A DNA stretch of 64,000 bases from a virus (Duplodnaviria; Caudoviricetes), in IMG/VR virus record IMGVR_UViG_3300020577_008610, positions 96,001-160,000 of that record; one strand, written 5' to 3'. The position numbers and the translations under genes were made by a program. Positions 10,065 through 19,616 of this stretch are shown one piece after another; position 1 is the first letter of the stretch, and each line of letters starts with the position of its first letter. Below the pieces are notes generated by a model. The model saw only the letters and a list, made by a program, of their open reading frames with translations, was not told the DNA's origin and made no database searches.

Positions 10065-10349
10065 CTACCCCTTTTTGATGCAAATGAGCCGAACCGGCCG
10101 CTCGTGTTCTGGCACCATCCACATCAATTCACCGTAAGGAGAACGCTCTCCATCCCGAGCAATCCTCCAAAGATCCAAGTGCCGCTCGTAGTCAAGTTTC
10201 TGACTCCGAAGAGAACCATCTTCATTGAGGAACTGAATGAAGTGCATGTCCACCTCCAGGTAAAACCCTTCCGGTGTTCTCCGAAAGGTCTTTTGAACTG
10301 AGGTTGTCATCTTGCCAAGAGTGCGAGGAAGTTTGGGCTGTGTGCTCAT
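10065..10349 (-). CDS. Hypothetical protein
   Basis: AGGAGG RBS before ATG 10349. Confidence 0.6.
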   Translation of the reverse strand: MSTQPKLPRTLGKMTTSVQKTFRRTPEGFYLEVDMHFIQFLNEDGSLRSQKLDYERHLDLWRIARDGERSPYGELMWMVPEHERPVRLICIKKG

Positions 10350-10365
10350 CCTCCTATTTCTGCTC

Positions 10366-10725
10366 CTAAATCCCCAGATTGTCCACTTTTGCTTCCTGAA
10401 CACTCGTCCATGGAAACCACAAAGGAGCGGAATCAGCCACAAGCAAAATACGGTAAATCAGGTAACAACCACCTCGCTTCACCATCACTTCATCAGCCCT
10501 GAAAGTATCCAGGGTAGAAGCATCCATCCACTCCAAAACCATCCCAAATAAGTCCTTTCCTCCATCCTCTGGGGCCACCAATGTCATCAGGTCCAAACTG
10601 GCCCATCCAGAAGGCCAATAAACTTGCTCCGATCTCCGATGCCCCTCAGCCTCCCAACGGTTGCTTATCGTGGTCCAGACAGTCTTCAGCTTCACCAAAG
10701 TGCCGACGGGGAAAGGATGCTCCAT
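10366..10725 (-). CDS. Small beta-barrel (SH3-like) hypothetical protein
   Basis: FPVGTLVKLK start; YRILL..W end. Confidence 0.55.
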   Translation of the reverse strand: MEHPFPVGTLVKLKTVWTTISNRWEAEGHRRSEQVYWPSGWASLDLMTLVAPEDGGKDLFGMVLEWMDASTLDTFRADEVMVKRGGCYLIYRILLVADSAPLWFPWTSVQEAKVDNLGI

Positions 10726-10755
10726 TCTCTATCTTTCTTATGTTATACTGGGTCT

Positions 10756-11034
10756 ATGACAGACTCACTTTACTTCAGACCAGGAGCTATTCTCATTCTA
10801 AATGCTGGGATCCCAATGTGGGACCAGATGCCAACCACTTGGGAAAATGCCTGGAAATGGAAGGTCACCAACAAGAAAACCTTCGTTCAACTCTGGGAAC
10901 AAATCGATACACATCCCGTCACCTTTTGGGAAATCCTGAAGGAGGGAGAAGTCTGTTTCTGCTCTGAAGCTTTGTTGAGGCAATACATTGACAAACCAGA
11001 GACACAACAGACTCTTTCCTCTCACAATACCTAA
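10756..11034 (+). CDS. Small beta-barrel (SH3-like) hypothetical protein
   Basis: FRPGAILIL..WEILKEGEVCF; TGnTATACT just upstream of ATG. Confidence 0.55.
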   Translation: MTDSLYFRPGAILILNAGIPMWDQMPTTWENAWKWKVTNKKTFVQLWEQIDTHPVTFWEILKEGEVCFCSEALLRQYIDKPETQQTLSSHNT

Positions 11035-11054
11035 CGAAAGGTCTCTCTACCGTC

Positions 11055-11591
11055 ATGGCGCCCAAAAAACCAAAGACAGCCTTCTCTTCTGCCAACCCCA
11101 AAGAAGTCCTGAGCCGCTTAGGCCTGGATCCCGAACGCTTCAAGCGAGAGAATACTCCAGAGGTCATGATCCCTAAGATGGCCATCGTTGGCTTGCTCGA
11201 TACCATTAAGCAGTTTGCCGAAATTGGCAAGCAAACCGTTAGCTCCTCCATTCAGGGCCTCAATCCAGCCCAGATGAGACTCTTTCTTGATGCCACCCGA
11301 GGCACCCTGGACATGATTGACCAGTCTTTGCTTGCTTATGAAGCTTCCCTCCGTCAAGCAAAAGCCAAAGACGTCGTGGATACCATCGCTAAGTCCGTTC
11401 GCTTTGACACAGGCACCACAGAGAATGAAGAGGGCGGCGATGAAGAAAATGAGACAGTCAACGATGATGACTCATACCAAGATTACTTGCCAAAAGAAGA
11501 AGAAGAAGAAGATGAATTCGAAGAAACGGACGACCCCTCCGCTGAAGTTGATGATGCCTTTTTTTCATCAAAAAAACGCTCCATCAATTAA
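11055..11591 (+). CDS. Hypothetical protein with acidic C-terminal tail
   Basis: 178-aa ORF, D/E-rich tail. Confidence 0.7.
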   Translation: MAPKKPKTAFSSANPKEVLSRLGLDPERFKRENTPEVMIPKMAIVGLLDTIKQFAEIGKQTVSSSIQGLNPAQMRLFLDATRGTLDMIDQSLLAYEASLRQAKAKDVVDTIAKSVRFDTGTTENEEGGDEENETVNDDDSYQDYLPKEEEEEDEFEETDDPSAEVDDAFFSSKKRSIN

Positions 11592-11597
11592 TGTAAC

Positions 11598-12176
11598 ATG
11601 TCAACATCCAACAAGCTTCACAAGTGTAATTCTTGTGGCATAGAAGATCCAACAGCCTTCCACAATGGCTGCAAATCCAAGTGTCGCCAATGCAAGAAAA
11701 CAGCACGGCAAACTCGGTACATTCTGGAACTCGAAGAAATTCAAGGCTTTATTGGCCAAACCAAAGTCTGTGCCACCTGTGGCCAAGAGAAAGACACAAC
11801 CCACTTTGTTCCCCAGAACTCCGACTGCAAACCCTGCATATCCCAAAAGAACAAAGTCCGGAGATGCCAGAACTACGCCTTTTACATATGGAAAAATGCC
11901 AGATACAGAGCCTCCAAAAAAGGCCTGGAATTCACCATCACACAAGCAGACATCCACATCCCAGATACTTGCCCCGTCCTCGGTATCCCCCTGTCTACCT
12001 CCACCTCCGGTAGACAACCCAACTCACCCTCCTTGGACCGTATCGACAATTCCAAAGGCTATACACCCTCCAACATCCAAGTCATCTCCTGGAGAGCTAA
12101 CCGCATAAAAGCCGATGCCTCCGCAGACGAATTGAGACGTGTGCTGGCCTATATGGAAGGCAGACTCCTTCCATAA
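11598..12176 (+). CDS. HNH-like homing endonuclease
   Basis: CxxC pairs; CPVLG..PSLDRIDNSKGYTPSNIQVISWRANRIK. Confidence 0.85.
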   Translation: MSTSNKLHKCNSCGIEDPTAFHNGCKSKCRQCKKTARQTRYILELEEIQGFIGQTKVCATCGQEKDTTHFVPQNSDCKPCISQKNKVRRCQNYAFYIWKNARYRASKKGLEFTITQADIHIPDTCPVLGIPLSTSTSGRQPNSPSLDRIDNSKGYTPSNIQVISWRANRIKADASADELRRVLAYMEGRLLP

Positions 12177-13300
12177 CTGCCTCCCTCCCTTCCAGAAATT
12201 TTTCCGGAAAATTTTCCACCAAAAATTTCAAAAATGTGCTTGTTTTCGTGCGGGGGTCTGACCTGCATTTCTCGTGCCGGAGGGGCTACACATGATGGCC
12301 TAGCCCCTCCCACCTGGCTACCCCCCCTACCCCCAACTGCTAGTTTGCAAACCCCCTCAATAGGCTACTCTCCTTCAATAAGGAATTCAATGAGCAACAT
12401 CTGCCCAGTATGCAAGCCTGATAAGCAAGAAGCTGCAGGTCCGAGTCACTTCCGTCTTGCTCATGGGTCTACTATAAACATCCCTTCGAATAAGTCAATA
12501 ACAACCTCCTAGAAACAGAGGAAAACCTCCTGGAGAAATGACATTATCATAGACATTTCTTTGCTCTGGTACTGCTATCCAAGTTTAGCCCAAAATGGAG
12601 GGAGGAAACCTGTCGTAACCTCCTAGAGAATCCACATTCGACCCCCACATGAAACCGACGAAAACCTTGCCAGTGGCCATGGAGTCTTCATTCCGCTCGG
12701 CCAACACCTTCCGGATGACCTGAAAAGTCACACCGACACCAAGCACTCCTTCTGAGTAAAGCATTTGTTCGGTACTGCACTTTTCAGGAATCCCAGGATA
12801 ACCGCTTCTGTCGTCATCTTCATCCCCACCATAGCTGACTCTATTTTTGAGTCAACCCTCGCCCTCCTTCTCAGTTTTGCTCTGACGATTCCACAGGCAG
12901 GATTGTCCCATTTTGTCCACGCCCAATAATTGAATGAATTCAACGAGTTAGCGTGGCATGGCGCGTGCATAGGGATTTGACCCTCTGGGGTTATTTGGGC
13001 ACAAAATCCTCTCTCTGGAGCAATCAGAGGCATTCGGCAAAGATTACCCTGGTGTTTTCTCAGCTAAAAAGGAGGGTTAGTTCCGCTGGTCCTCTGGAAG
13101 ATTTCTCAAATTGGGCATAAGAATTGCCTCTGGCAAGCTGTAAGAGGCAATTTGGGAAATGGGACATTTTAGGACATTCGCAAGGGGACGTGGAAGATAT
13201 TTGAGTTGAGGGAGGGTGAATAGTCAATGGACAAGGGCAGATTTGGTGATTATGCGTTGGTGACAGGGGAACCAACTCTTCTCAAGAGAAGGACCAAGAG
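12177..13300. other. Gene-free region, candidate replication origin
   Basis: No credible ORF; + strand C-rich to the left and G-rich to the right; TTTTCCGGAAAA palindrome; three AACCTCCTRGA repeats. Confidence 0.4.
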
Positions 13301-13340
13301 GCAGAGACTTCGGATGTGGGAGGGAGGGAGGGAAGTCAGG

Positions 13341-13682
13341 ATGAAGAAGCCGAGACTTAGAGATTCCAGGCCCATGGACACCAGAAAGATGAAAGAGGAA
13401 AAGGTTCCTCGAAAGGGCAAGCTTTATTGCGTTGGGAAGTTGCATAAGGAAACAAGCCAAGAAGATTTTGGTCCAATTCCCCTTTTGTCAACTCGGGAGC
13501 ATGACACAACGCTAGCGGGGCATCCTGCGAAGGCCAGAGAATGGATTGCTGAGATTTGGGGTGGGGAGACAGTTTTGTTTTTGGGGACTGAAGAGAAGGG
13601 GCGATACTGGTTGGTGGGGTACCAAGACATGTTTGGCTGCCTGGAGGTTGGGAAGGTAATTTTCTTGAACCCGATGAAGTAA
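13341..13682 (+). CDS. SH3-like family protein
   Basis: RKGKLY..TVLFLG..WLVGYQDMFG. Confidence 0.65.
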   Translation: MKKPRLRDSRPMDTRKMKEEKVPRKGKLYCVGKLHKETSQEDFGPIPLLSTREHDTTLAGHPAKAREWIAEIWGGETVLFLGTEEKGRYWLVGYQDMFGCLEVGKVIFLNPMK

Positions 13683-14026
13683 TGGTTATGACAATGGGGA
13701 TGTTTAACACGACCTGCGTTCCTTACTGGCCCAAAAGCGACTATAAACCTGGGAAACTCTACCGGATCAAGGATTACCCGTGGCATCTTTTCACAGTTTG
13801 GTCAGCATATGAGGGAGGCAATTCTGCTTACCCTAAGAGGTTGTTTGATGTGGATGCTAACACCGAAGAGTGCTTTCTTTACATCAAGTTCGTCCCGGAG
13901 GAAGAGGAACAAGGCCTTGAGGCTCTCCACCTTGTAATTTTCAGGGATACTGTTGGTGTGATTGATGGAAGAATGGAGTTGGAGGAGCTTATTTCTCCGG
14001 AGGATGGTTCTCATGAGCCGCCATGA
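13682..14026 (+). CDS. SH3-like family protein
   Basis: KPGKLY..FLYI..LVIFRDTVGVI. Confidence 0.65.
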   Translation: MVMTMGMFNTTCVPYWPKSDYKPGKLYRIKDYPWHLFTVWSAYEGGNSAYPKRLFDVDANTEECFLYIKFVPEEEEQGLEALHLVIFRDTVGVIDGRMELEELISPEDGSHEPP

Positions 14027-14456
14027 TGATTTCTTCTATCGACAGAAACCAGACCTTTCTACTGCTGAGAAGGAGAAGCCCAAGATTCCAGCCAACATTC
14101 GAAAGGGGATGTTGGTTTGCGTTAAAGTCAGCAACAGCTCTTCCGTTGATCTGTCTCAGGTGGACGTGGACGGGACGGAGCTTCACCGGTTTCATTTTTT
14201 GTCCCCTCAGGAGTCTTGGGAGCAAGCATTCATGGTGGTTCGAGTTGGGAAGTTTCGGACCTTCATGGATGTCTTGTGGGGCGATGAGATATGGAGAATC
14301 TTACCAAGGGAGAACCTTGCCATCATCCCGGTGACCGTAAGTAGCAGAGCGAGAAAGGAGTCCCTACCAGATGAAAAGGCCGGTAATCCCTATGGTTTCT
14401 CTGACGAAGAGATGGAGACCTGGGTTAAGAATGGTAGACTGGGGGATATAGGATAG
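14013..14456 (+). CDS. SH3-like family protein
   Basis: RKGMLV..FMVV..DVLWGDEIW. Confidence 0.6.
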   Translation: MSRHDDFFYRQKPDLSTAEKEKPKIPANIRKGMLVCVKVSNSSSVDLSQVDVDGTELHRFHFLSPQESWEQAFMVVRVGKFRTFMDVLWGDEIWRILPRENLAIIPVTVSSRARKESLPDEKAGNPYGFSDEEMETWVKNGRLGDIG

Positions 14457-14486
14457 GTCCTTTCCTAACTCTCTTTTCCTCCCTCC

Positions 14487-14510
14487 TCTTGGTTATCCTC
14501 CACGCTTTTG
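14487..14510 (+). repeat. Dispersed intergenic 24-mer, copy 1
   Basis: TCTTGGTTATCCTCCACGCTTTTG after a pyrimidine tract. Confidence 0.8.
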
Positions 14511-14559
14511 GGATATTCGACAGAGCAGGAAGAATGTGTTATTCTTGAAGGAGGTATTC

Positions 14560-14976
14560 ATGGCGAAGTGGATCATGAAGGGAGACTTGGTGAAATTTCA
14601 GGTTATTTCTCAGTACCCGAGGCCCTCAGTCTTATTAGCTTTATGGGCTCCGAAACATCGGTTTGACTGGCGGAGTATGTATTCGAAACCTCGGATTGCC
14701 CTGGAGTGTAACAAAATCTACACTGGGCTGGTTGTGGACACCTACTTGGTTAGCAGGAGTCGGCACGTTGAGAACTCCTTCAAGCCCACTGCTAAGATGC
14801 AGCCGGGAAAGGATCAGCGGTACCTTCAGGAGATCAGCAAAGAGCGTGTCTACCACGTTCTGTCAGAAGACATGATCTTGTTCGTCCGGGCCAGTGACCT
14901 TGGCTTTTCCAATGCAAATGGCTTCCGGTGGGAAATGAGGGTTATTCAAAAAGGGAAAGCCCATGAAAGGAGGTAG
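14560..14976 (+). CDS. SH3-like family protein
   Basis: MKGDLV..GLVV..YHVLSED; AGGAGG RBS. Confidence 0.6.
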   Translation: MAKWIMKGDLVKFQVISQYPRPSVLLALWAPKHRFDWRSMYSKPRIALECNKIYTGLVVDTYLVSRSRHVENSFKPTAKMQPGKDQRYLQEISKERVYHVLSEDMILFVRASDLGFSNANGFRWEMRVIQKGKAHERR

Positions 14977-15164
14977 TTTTGTCACACTCACAGAGCCAAT
15001 CATTTACCGGAAATAGTTCCTTGTGTAGCTCTAGCAGAGTCGGTGGCGCTGTGGCAACCCTGGAGGGTCTGCTTGTTCTCTTGCTGGATGAAGCGACTAG
15101 TGTGTCCAGGTTAGATTTTCACATGGTGTTTGATAGGATGCAGGGAAGGACATGCCTCACTTAA
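14963..15164 (+). pseudogene. Probable frameshifted SH3-like family member
   Basis: MKGGSFVTL.. stops after 17 codons; another frame continues VATLEGLLVLLL..MVFDRMQG. Confidence 0.35.
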
Positions 15165-15448
15165 AACAAGGGAAGCTGTATCGGTTCAAGTGTTGCGGGT
15201 GTTTATTCAAAGAGGCAGAGGGTGAAAAGGTTATTGGGATGGTTAACAAGGAAGATGTGCTGATGTTCATTGAACAAAGCACAGAAGTGCCTTACGTTTA
15301 CAAGGTGCTTTCTGGAGACCAAGCGGGCTGGCTGTGTGCTTATCTGGATTGCTTTGAGGAGCTAACCGATGCCGAAGAAGTTGGAAAAGGGGAAGCTATA
15401 CCGAACCAAGCAGATTCAAGTTCTCATGAAAACCCATTACAAAAGTAA
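15152..15448 (+). CDS. SH3-like family protein
   Basis: LKQGKLY..KVIGMV..YKVLSGDQAGW. Confidence 0.7.
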   Translation: MPHLKQGKLYRFKCCGCLFKEAEGEKVIGMVNKEDVLMFIEQSTEVPYVYKVLSGDQAGWLCAYLDCFEELTDAEEVGKGEAIPNQADSSSHENPLQK

Positions 15449-15611
15449 CGGCAAACTCGCTACAATTCCGCCTCAATCTATTGTGTGTTTCCTTGGACAC
15501 CACGCTTCCAACCACTGGATTATCCAGGTGGTTTACGGCGAACTGATTGGCTGGTTATTTTTGGAGAAAAATTCGTTGGACGCTTTGTTCACGAAACCAA
15601 AGGGATTATAG
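15369..15611 (+). CDS. SH3-like family protein
   Basis: LEKGKLY..IPPQSIVCFLG..QVVYGELIGW. Confidence 0.7.
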   Translation: MPKKLEKGKLYRTKQIQVLMKTHYKSNGKLATIPPQSIVCFLGHHASNHWIIQVVYGELIGWLFLEKNSLDALFTKPKGL

Positions 15612-15615
15612 CATC

Positions 15616-15936
15616 ATGAAGAAGTTGGAGCCGGGTAAATTCTACCTGACCCGAGAGGGGCACAATCTTTGGAAAACGGATAGGAGTGGTGCAAATCGCG
15701 TCAGGAACCAGGTACTGACAATCTTGCTGCCTGGGACAATGGTTTTGTTTACCAGGTTCGGAAAATTCCGTTACATTCAAGTTGTATTCGAAGATGTTGT
15801 CGGCTATATCTGGTGCAACACCAACATATCGATGCACGATCACCTGGAGCCAGTAACAGAGGAGAACCTGGAAGAGCTCCAAGAGGCCATGAAGGCAGAC
15901 AGCGGATGGAGGCCACGCCATCATATCCGATCTTGA
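15616..15936 (+). CDS. SH3-like family protein
   Basis: LEPGKFY..LLPGTMVLF..QVVFEDVVGY. Confidence 0.7.
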   Translation: MKKLEPGKFYLTREGHNLWKTDRSGANRVRNQVLTILLPGTMVLFTRFGKFRYIQVVFEDVVGYIWCNTNISMHDHLEPVTEENLEELQEAMKADSGWRPRHHIRS

Positions 15937-15964
15937 TAAAATCCATCCCTGGGAGCCGGGGACG

Positions 15965-16153
15965 ATGGTAAAGACCTGCGGGAATGACATCCCTTTGTTC
16001 AAGACCTCCCGAGCTGGCTCTTTTGCTTTTCTGCAAATCCCTCCTGGAGAGTTGGTGATGTATGTTGATTGTGAGGCCAACCGTATGTGTAAGGTGATTT
16101 ACGGTGAGAACATCGGGTGGACCTATTCCGATGCTGTGACAACCCCTCGTTGA
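15965..16153 (+). CDS. SH3-like family protein (true start may be upstream)
   Basis: WEPGTMV..IPPGELVMYV..KVIYGENIGW. Confidence 0.65.
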   Translation: MVKTCGNDIPLFKTSRAGSFAFLQIPPGELVMYVDCEANRMCKVIYGENIGWTYSDAVTTPR

Positions 16154-16185
16154 CTTGAGAAGTTTTCGTGTTTAACCACATTCCC

Positions 16186-16575
16186 ATGTCTGACAGGCTA
16201 AGTCGTGGAGTCTTGCGAAATGGCAAGAAACAGATTATCAGGGCCAACCGGAGAAACAGGTTGGCCAACAAGTTGAAGCGAGGAAAACTTTACACTTTCC
16301 TTGCGGCGAGCGCAACCCAGGCCATTTACGCTACGCCCAATATAATGGGGAAGGTGATTGGCTGCCTTCCAGACAAGGCCACGGTGATGTGCGTTGACCC
16401 TACACCCTTCCTTTATAAGAACCGGAAGACTTACCTGGATTGCTTTGACAACTGCTGGATGATGTTCTACATTGGCTATGGGGAGCTTTTCGGGTATGTG
16501 GCTTGCCACTACAGCGAAGCAGCAGAAGAAGAGGAATTTCAGGCACACAGGTTCTTCAAGCGAGTCTATGCTTAA
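16186..16575 (+). CDS. SH3-like family protein
   Basis: LKRGKLY..IYATPNIMGKVIGCLPDKATV..IGYGELFGYV (SH3b-like). Confidence 0.7.
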   Translation: MSDRLSRGVLRNGKKQIIRANRRNRLANKLKRGKLYTFLAASATQAIYATPNIMGKVIGCLPDKATVMCVDPTPFLYKNRKTYLDCFDNCWMMFYIGYGELFGYVACHYSEAAEEEEFQAHRFFKRVYA

Positions 16576-16578
16576 GGC

Positions 16579-17025
16579 ATGACCGTTGTTATGCCTCAAA
16601 GATTCCGGAAGGGTGAAGTCTTCTGCTACGTCAGCTCTTTTGACTCTTCCTTGCCCGTGTGTGCCAAGGATGAGACAGGAAGGTTCATCCGCCTTCACGA
16701 GAACCCTGTGAACTGGCTGGCTCAAGGCCATGAGCTGTTTCACAAGGTACCCGGCAAGAAGCCCTGCTTTGGGTTTGTGTGCGAGTACGACCCGATGTGC
16801 CTCGTGGTTCATGCCGGTTCCGAGTGGAATGAATTTGAGCAACATGCCTTCTTTGGCATCCTCTTTGTGGACTCACATCCTCACATGATCCGAATTGAAG
16901 ACAATGACCCACATCTTTGGAAGGTCATTGACCCTGAGCAAGAACTGATCCAAAACTGCAAGGGAGACATCACGACGCCATCAAAAGCTCTCCATGACTC
17001 CATGGCACAACTTCACCCCGCTTAA
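16579..17025 (+). CDS. Hypothetical protein
   Basis: 148-aa ORF, FRKGEVF start. Confidence 0.6.
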   Translation: MTVVMPQRFRKGEVFCYVSSFDSSLPVCAKDETGRFIRLHENPVNWLAQGHELFHKVPGKKPCFGFVCEYDPMCLVVHAGSEWNEFEQHAFFGILFVDSHPHMIRIEDNDPHLWKVIDPEQELIQNCKGDITTPSKALHDSMAQLHPA

Positions 17026-17094
17026 GGCTCTACCTTCAGGGCTCTACCTTCAGGGCTCTACCTTCAGGGCTCTACCTTCAGGGCTCTACCTTCA
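17026..17094 (+). repeat. Tandem repeat, 14-nt unit GGCTCTACCTTCAG x4.9
   Basis: Directly visible perfect units. Confidence 0.97.
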
Positions 17095-17413
17095 CCAGTT
17101 TGCCATAAATGTGGCGGATTTGAACGTAGCCATTTACGTGCCCCTTGTTGTTCGAAATCTGGTATCTCTTGTCCTTCGGGGCTCCTTTGGAACCTCCCGT
17201 AACGGCACTCAGGAGGTGCAAGAATTGCCTTCCTTCCACCGTGCATAGCACAACATCACCTGGGGCCAAAGAAGCTTCTGGAGGGCTTCCCAGGGGCTCC
17301 ACGGTGCAGAGCTGACCAGACTTAATTCTTGGCTGCATCGAATTTCCGTGAGGTCTGAACCTCACGGTCTCCCCAGCCTTTAACCTCTCAATATAGTGAC
17401 TTGCCCATCCCAT
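17078..17413 (-). CDS. S24/S26 peptidase-like protein
   Basis: HGNSMQPRIKSG, GDVVLC, LHL, NNKG..NG. Confidence 0.65.
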   Translation of the reverse strand: MGWASHYIERLKAGETVRFRPHGNSMQPRIKSGQLCTVEPLGSPPEASLAPGDVVLCTVEGRQFLHLLSAVTGGSKGAPKDKRYQISNNKGHVNGYVQIRHIYGKLVKVEP

Positions 17414-17572
17414 TAGTTTGTACCTGTGTGTTTATGGAGTGCTTGTTATCAGGAACATTCTCGTTTGCAACCCCTTGAAATCACCTGAGATTCTGCGATA
17501 ACCTGGGTCGAGTTTGGTGGTCAATGAACCCAATCTATTCACTGAGTGTGGCAATTGAGTTGACAGGCTTTT

Positions 17573-17785
17573 CTATTTCACTCTTCGAGTGAAAGGTTGT
17601 TGCAGGATTTGCTCACTGTAGCGCTTTGTCAAGTAGGATTGAAGCTCCAGAGTGTCCGTGATGAGCCGTGGTTCTCCTCGAAGGTACTTCGGGCATCCGC
17701 ACTGGGGGCAGTGGCCCCCAACGCAGTGACAATAGAACCGGTTGCAGTATGAGCATTCCCAAATGCCGCCGCAGAGGTGAAACAT
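17573..17785 (-). CDS. Small Cys-rich Zn-finger protein
   Basis: Several CxxC motifs. Confidence 0.5.
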   Translation of the reverse strand: MFHLCGGIWECSYCNRFYCHCVGGHCPQCGCPKYLRGEPRLITDTLELQSYLTKRYSEQILQQPFTRRVK

Positions 17786-17890
17786 GATAGGGATCCTAGC
17801 GGCTTACAAAGTAGTAGTTCTGGCGGGAATCGAACCCAATAACTTGCTTGTCGATGGAAGATGTAAATCATTGCCCTTCAAGGCCACAGT

Positions 17891-18142
17891 CTATGGCAAT
17901 TTTTCTTTTGGAGGCACGAACTCACTTGACACAAAGAACTCTCGGATGGCAGGCCACATTGGATGGAATTCGATGAAGCCTGCTTCATGGAGCTGTTCCA
18001 GGACGGGGATCACCACATCCTCCGAGGCCTTCATGTGTTCTGCCAGAGTGGCCACAGGCATGAATGGCCAGTCCGGATGCTGTTTAATGAAATCCCGGAT
18101 GGCACGATAGATTAGGTCTCTTCCACCTCTGATAATAGGCAT
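17891..18142 (-). CDS. Winged-helix-like hypothetical protein
   Basis: PVATLAEHM..LEQLHEAGFIEF. Confidence 0.55.
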   Translation of the reverse strand: MPIIRGGRDLIYRAIRDFIKQHPDWPFMPVATLAEHMKASEDVVIPVLEQLHEAGFIEFHPMWPAIREFFVSSEFVPPKEKLP

Positions 18143-18230
18143 GTCTAACTTAAGAATCTCTAGGGCGAGACTCCATGTCTAGGACATGGTGCTATCTCCG
18201 TTTTAAGTCTAGTTATACCCCGGAGCAACG

Positions 18231-18896
18231 ATGAAGAAAACCCTTCAGAAAATATTCAACCTGTGGGAAGCAAGCGCCGAGAAAGGCTCGGACAAGCAAA
18301 GCGGCAAGAGTTGGCAAGACGGCAAGCCGGAAGGCAAGAAGCTTGCCGCCCAGGAAGTCCCGGATGAGAAAGTTGCAAGCTACAACAAGCCAAAGCCGGT
18401 TCAATTGCACAATGGTAATGATGGCTGGAACCAAGGTGGTGGCCCTTCTGGCTGGAATGCTCTGGAAAAGAAAGCCAAGTTTACTCCAGGGAATGATAAG
18501 AACAAGAACGCCCATTCTCTCCAGCAAGAGCAAGACAAGCTTCACCAGTTAGAAGAGGAGTTAGCTGCCCTAGGAGTCCAGGAAGAAGGTTTGATTACTC
18601 CCGATATGGGAACGTCGGTCCTTGGAAGGTCCCTTTTTACTGGAGCTGCCTTACAGCCACCTAATGGATATGGTCCCAACTTTGACCCTGCCGGCCCGGC
18701 TCCCGAAGAGCTTCCTCAGGGTTATGAGAAGAATACTGTTCCTGATCCCATTGCTCCAGAAGAGGGCTCAGGTTTTCAGCACCAGGATGTTGCTGGCACA
18801 ATCATTGCTCCAAAGCAATGGATCCCTCGGGAATCAGTTGCTAAGAGACTTGCTGAGGCTCTCAATCAGCAACGTCGAGCAAAACTACGAAGATAG
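18231..18896 (+). CDS. Hypothetical protein, probably virion-associated
   Basis: 221-aa ORF, upstream TAGTTA motif. Confidence 0.65.
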   Translation: MKKTLQKIFNLWEASAEKGSDKQSGKSWQDGKPEGKKLAAQEVPDEKVASYNKPKPVQLHNGNDGWNQGGGPSGWNALEKKAKFTPGNDKNKNAHSLQQEQDKLHQLEEELAALGVQEEGLITPDMGTSVLGRSLFTGAALQPPNGYGPNFDPAGPAPEELPQGYEKNTVPDPIAPEEGSGFQHQDVAGTIIAPKQWIPRESVAKRLAEALNQQRRAKLRR

Positions 18897-19396
18897 TTGA
18901 TGGCCCGCTCAAGACGCTCCAAATCCTCTTTGAAGCATCCTAGTCCAGTATTGCATCCTCGGCATAGCAATCCCCTAACAACGTTAGTCGAATGACAATG
19001 GTCTACGGCCAACTCTTCAAGAGGATACTCCATCCGACAGATGGCACATCTTTGCTCTTGACCAACATACAACCCCTGGCGCCCTCGTAGAGATAAGCGG
19101 TATTTGTGCCTCAGCAGATATGCCTTATTGCATACTTTGCATAGGCTGGCGTGTCCATCCGGCGACACTACTTGCTTGGCAAATTCTTCGATTGGCTTGG
19201 AGTTTTTACATCCAGAGCAGAATTTTGCAGAAACCAGAAGGTAGTTTTGCTCTGCAACTCTTTTGGCTGTTCGTGCTTGATGTGTTGCAGATTTGCAGGA
19301 TTTACAGTGGGCCACATACCCATTCACTTCTGAACGCCGATGAAACTCTGTTGTTGGCTTCTCGGTTTGGCACTTTCGACAGAACTTGGTTTCCAT
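18866..19396 (-). CDS. Endonuclease VII-family homing endonuclease
   Basis: CAIC..LAVDHCH..VRGLLCRGCNTGLG..LERAINYL. Confidence 0.9.
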   Translation of the reverse strand: METKFCRKCQTEKPTTEFHRRSEVNGYVAHCKSCKSATHQARTAKRVAEQNYLLVSAKFCSGCKNSKPIEEFAKQVVSPDGHASLCKVCNKAYLLRHKYRLSLRGRQGLYVGQEQRCAICRMEYPLEELAVDHCHSTNVVRGLLCRGCNTGLGCFKEDLERLERAINYLRSFARRC

Positions 19397-19616
19397 ATGA
19401 GTAAGTATGGGACCAACTTGAAACTATCGGCAATTCATTCCCTGTGAGGGAGTCCACTGTCGGCTTGCCGAGCATATCTCCAGGATGGAGCAGGCTCGAA
19501 GGGCCAAGTTTCGTCGGCCTTAGAGACTTGCAAGGTCTGGTTCGCAGAGTTCTTTTAGCCGTTCCGTGTATCCAGGAGGGTGTCCAGAGCATCCTGGACG
19601 CTTACCTTCTGTTTCT

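Noticed and set aside
13341-16575. Diversity-generating retroelement behind the SH3-like array
   Set aside because: No reverse transcriptase and no near-identical template/variable repeat pair seen
17026-17094. CRISPR array
   Set aside because: 14-nt head-to-tail units with no spacers; no cas genes in window
17815-17893. tRNA-like remnants (also near 27590-27655, 57700, 58270 and 63660-63733)
   Set aside because: Only a T-arm-like piece is recognisable; no complete cloverleaf
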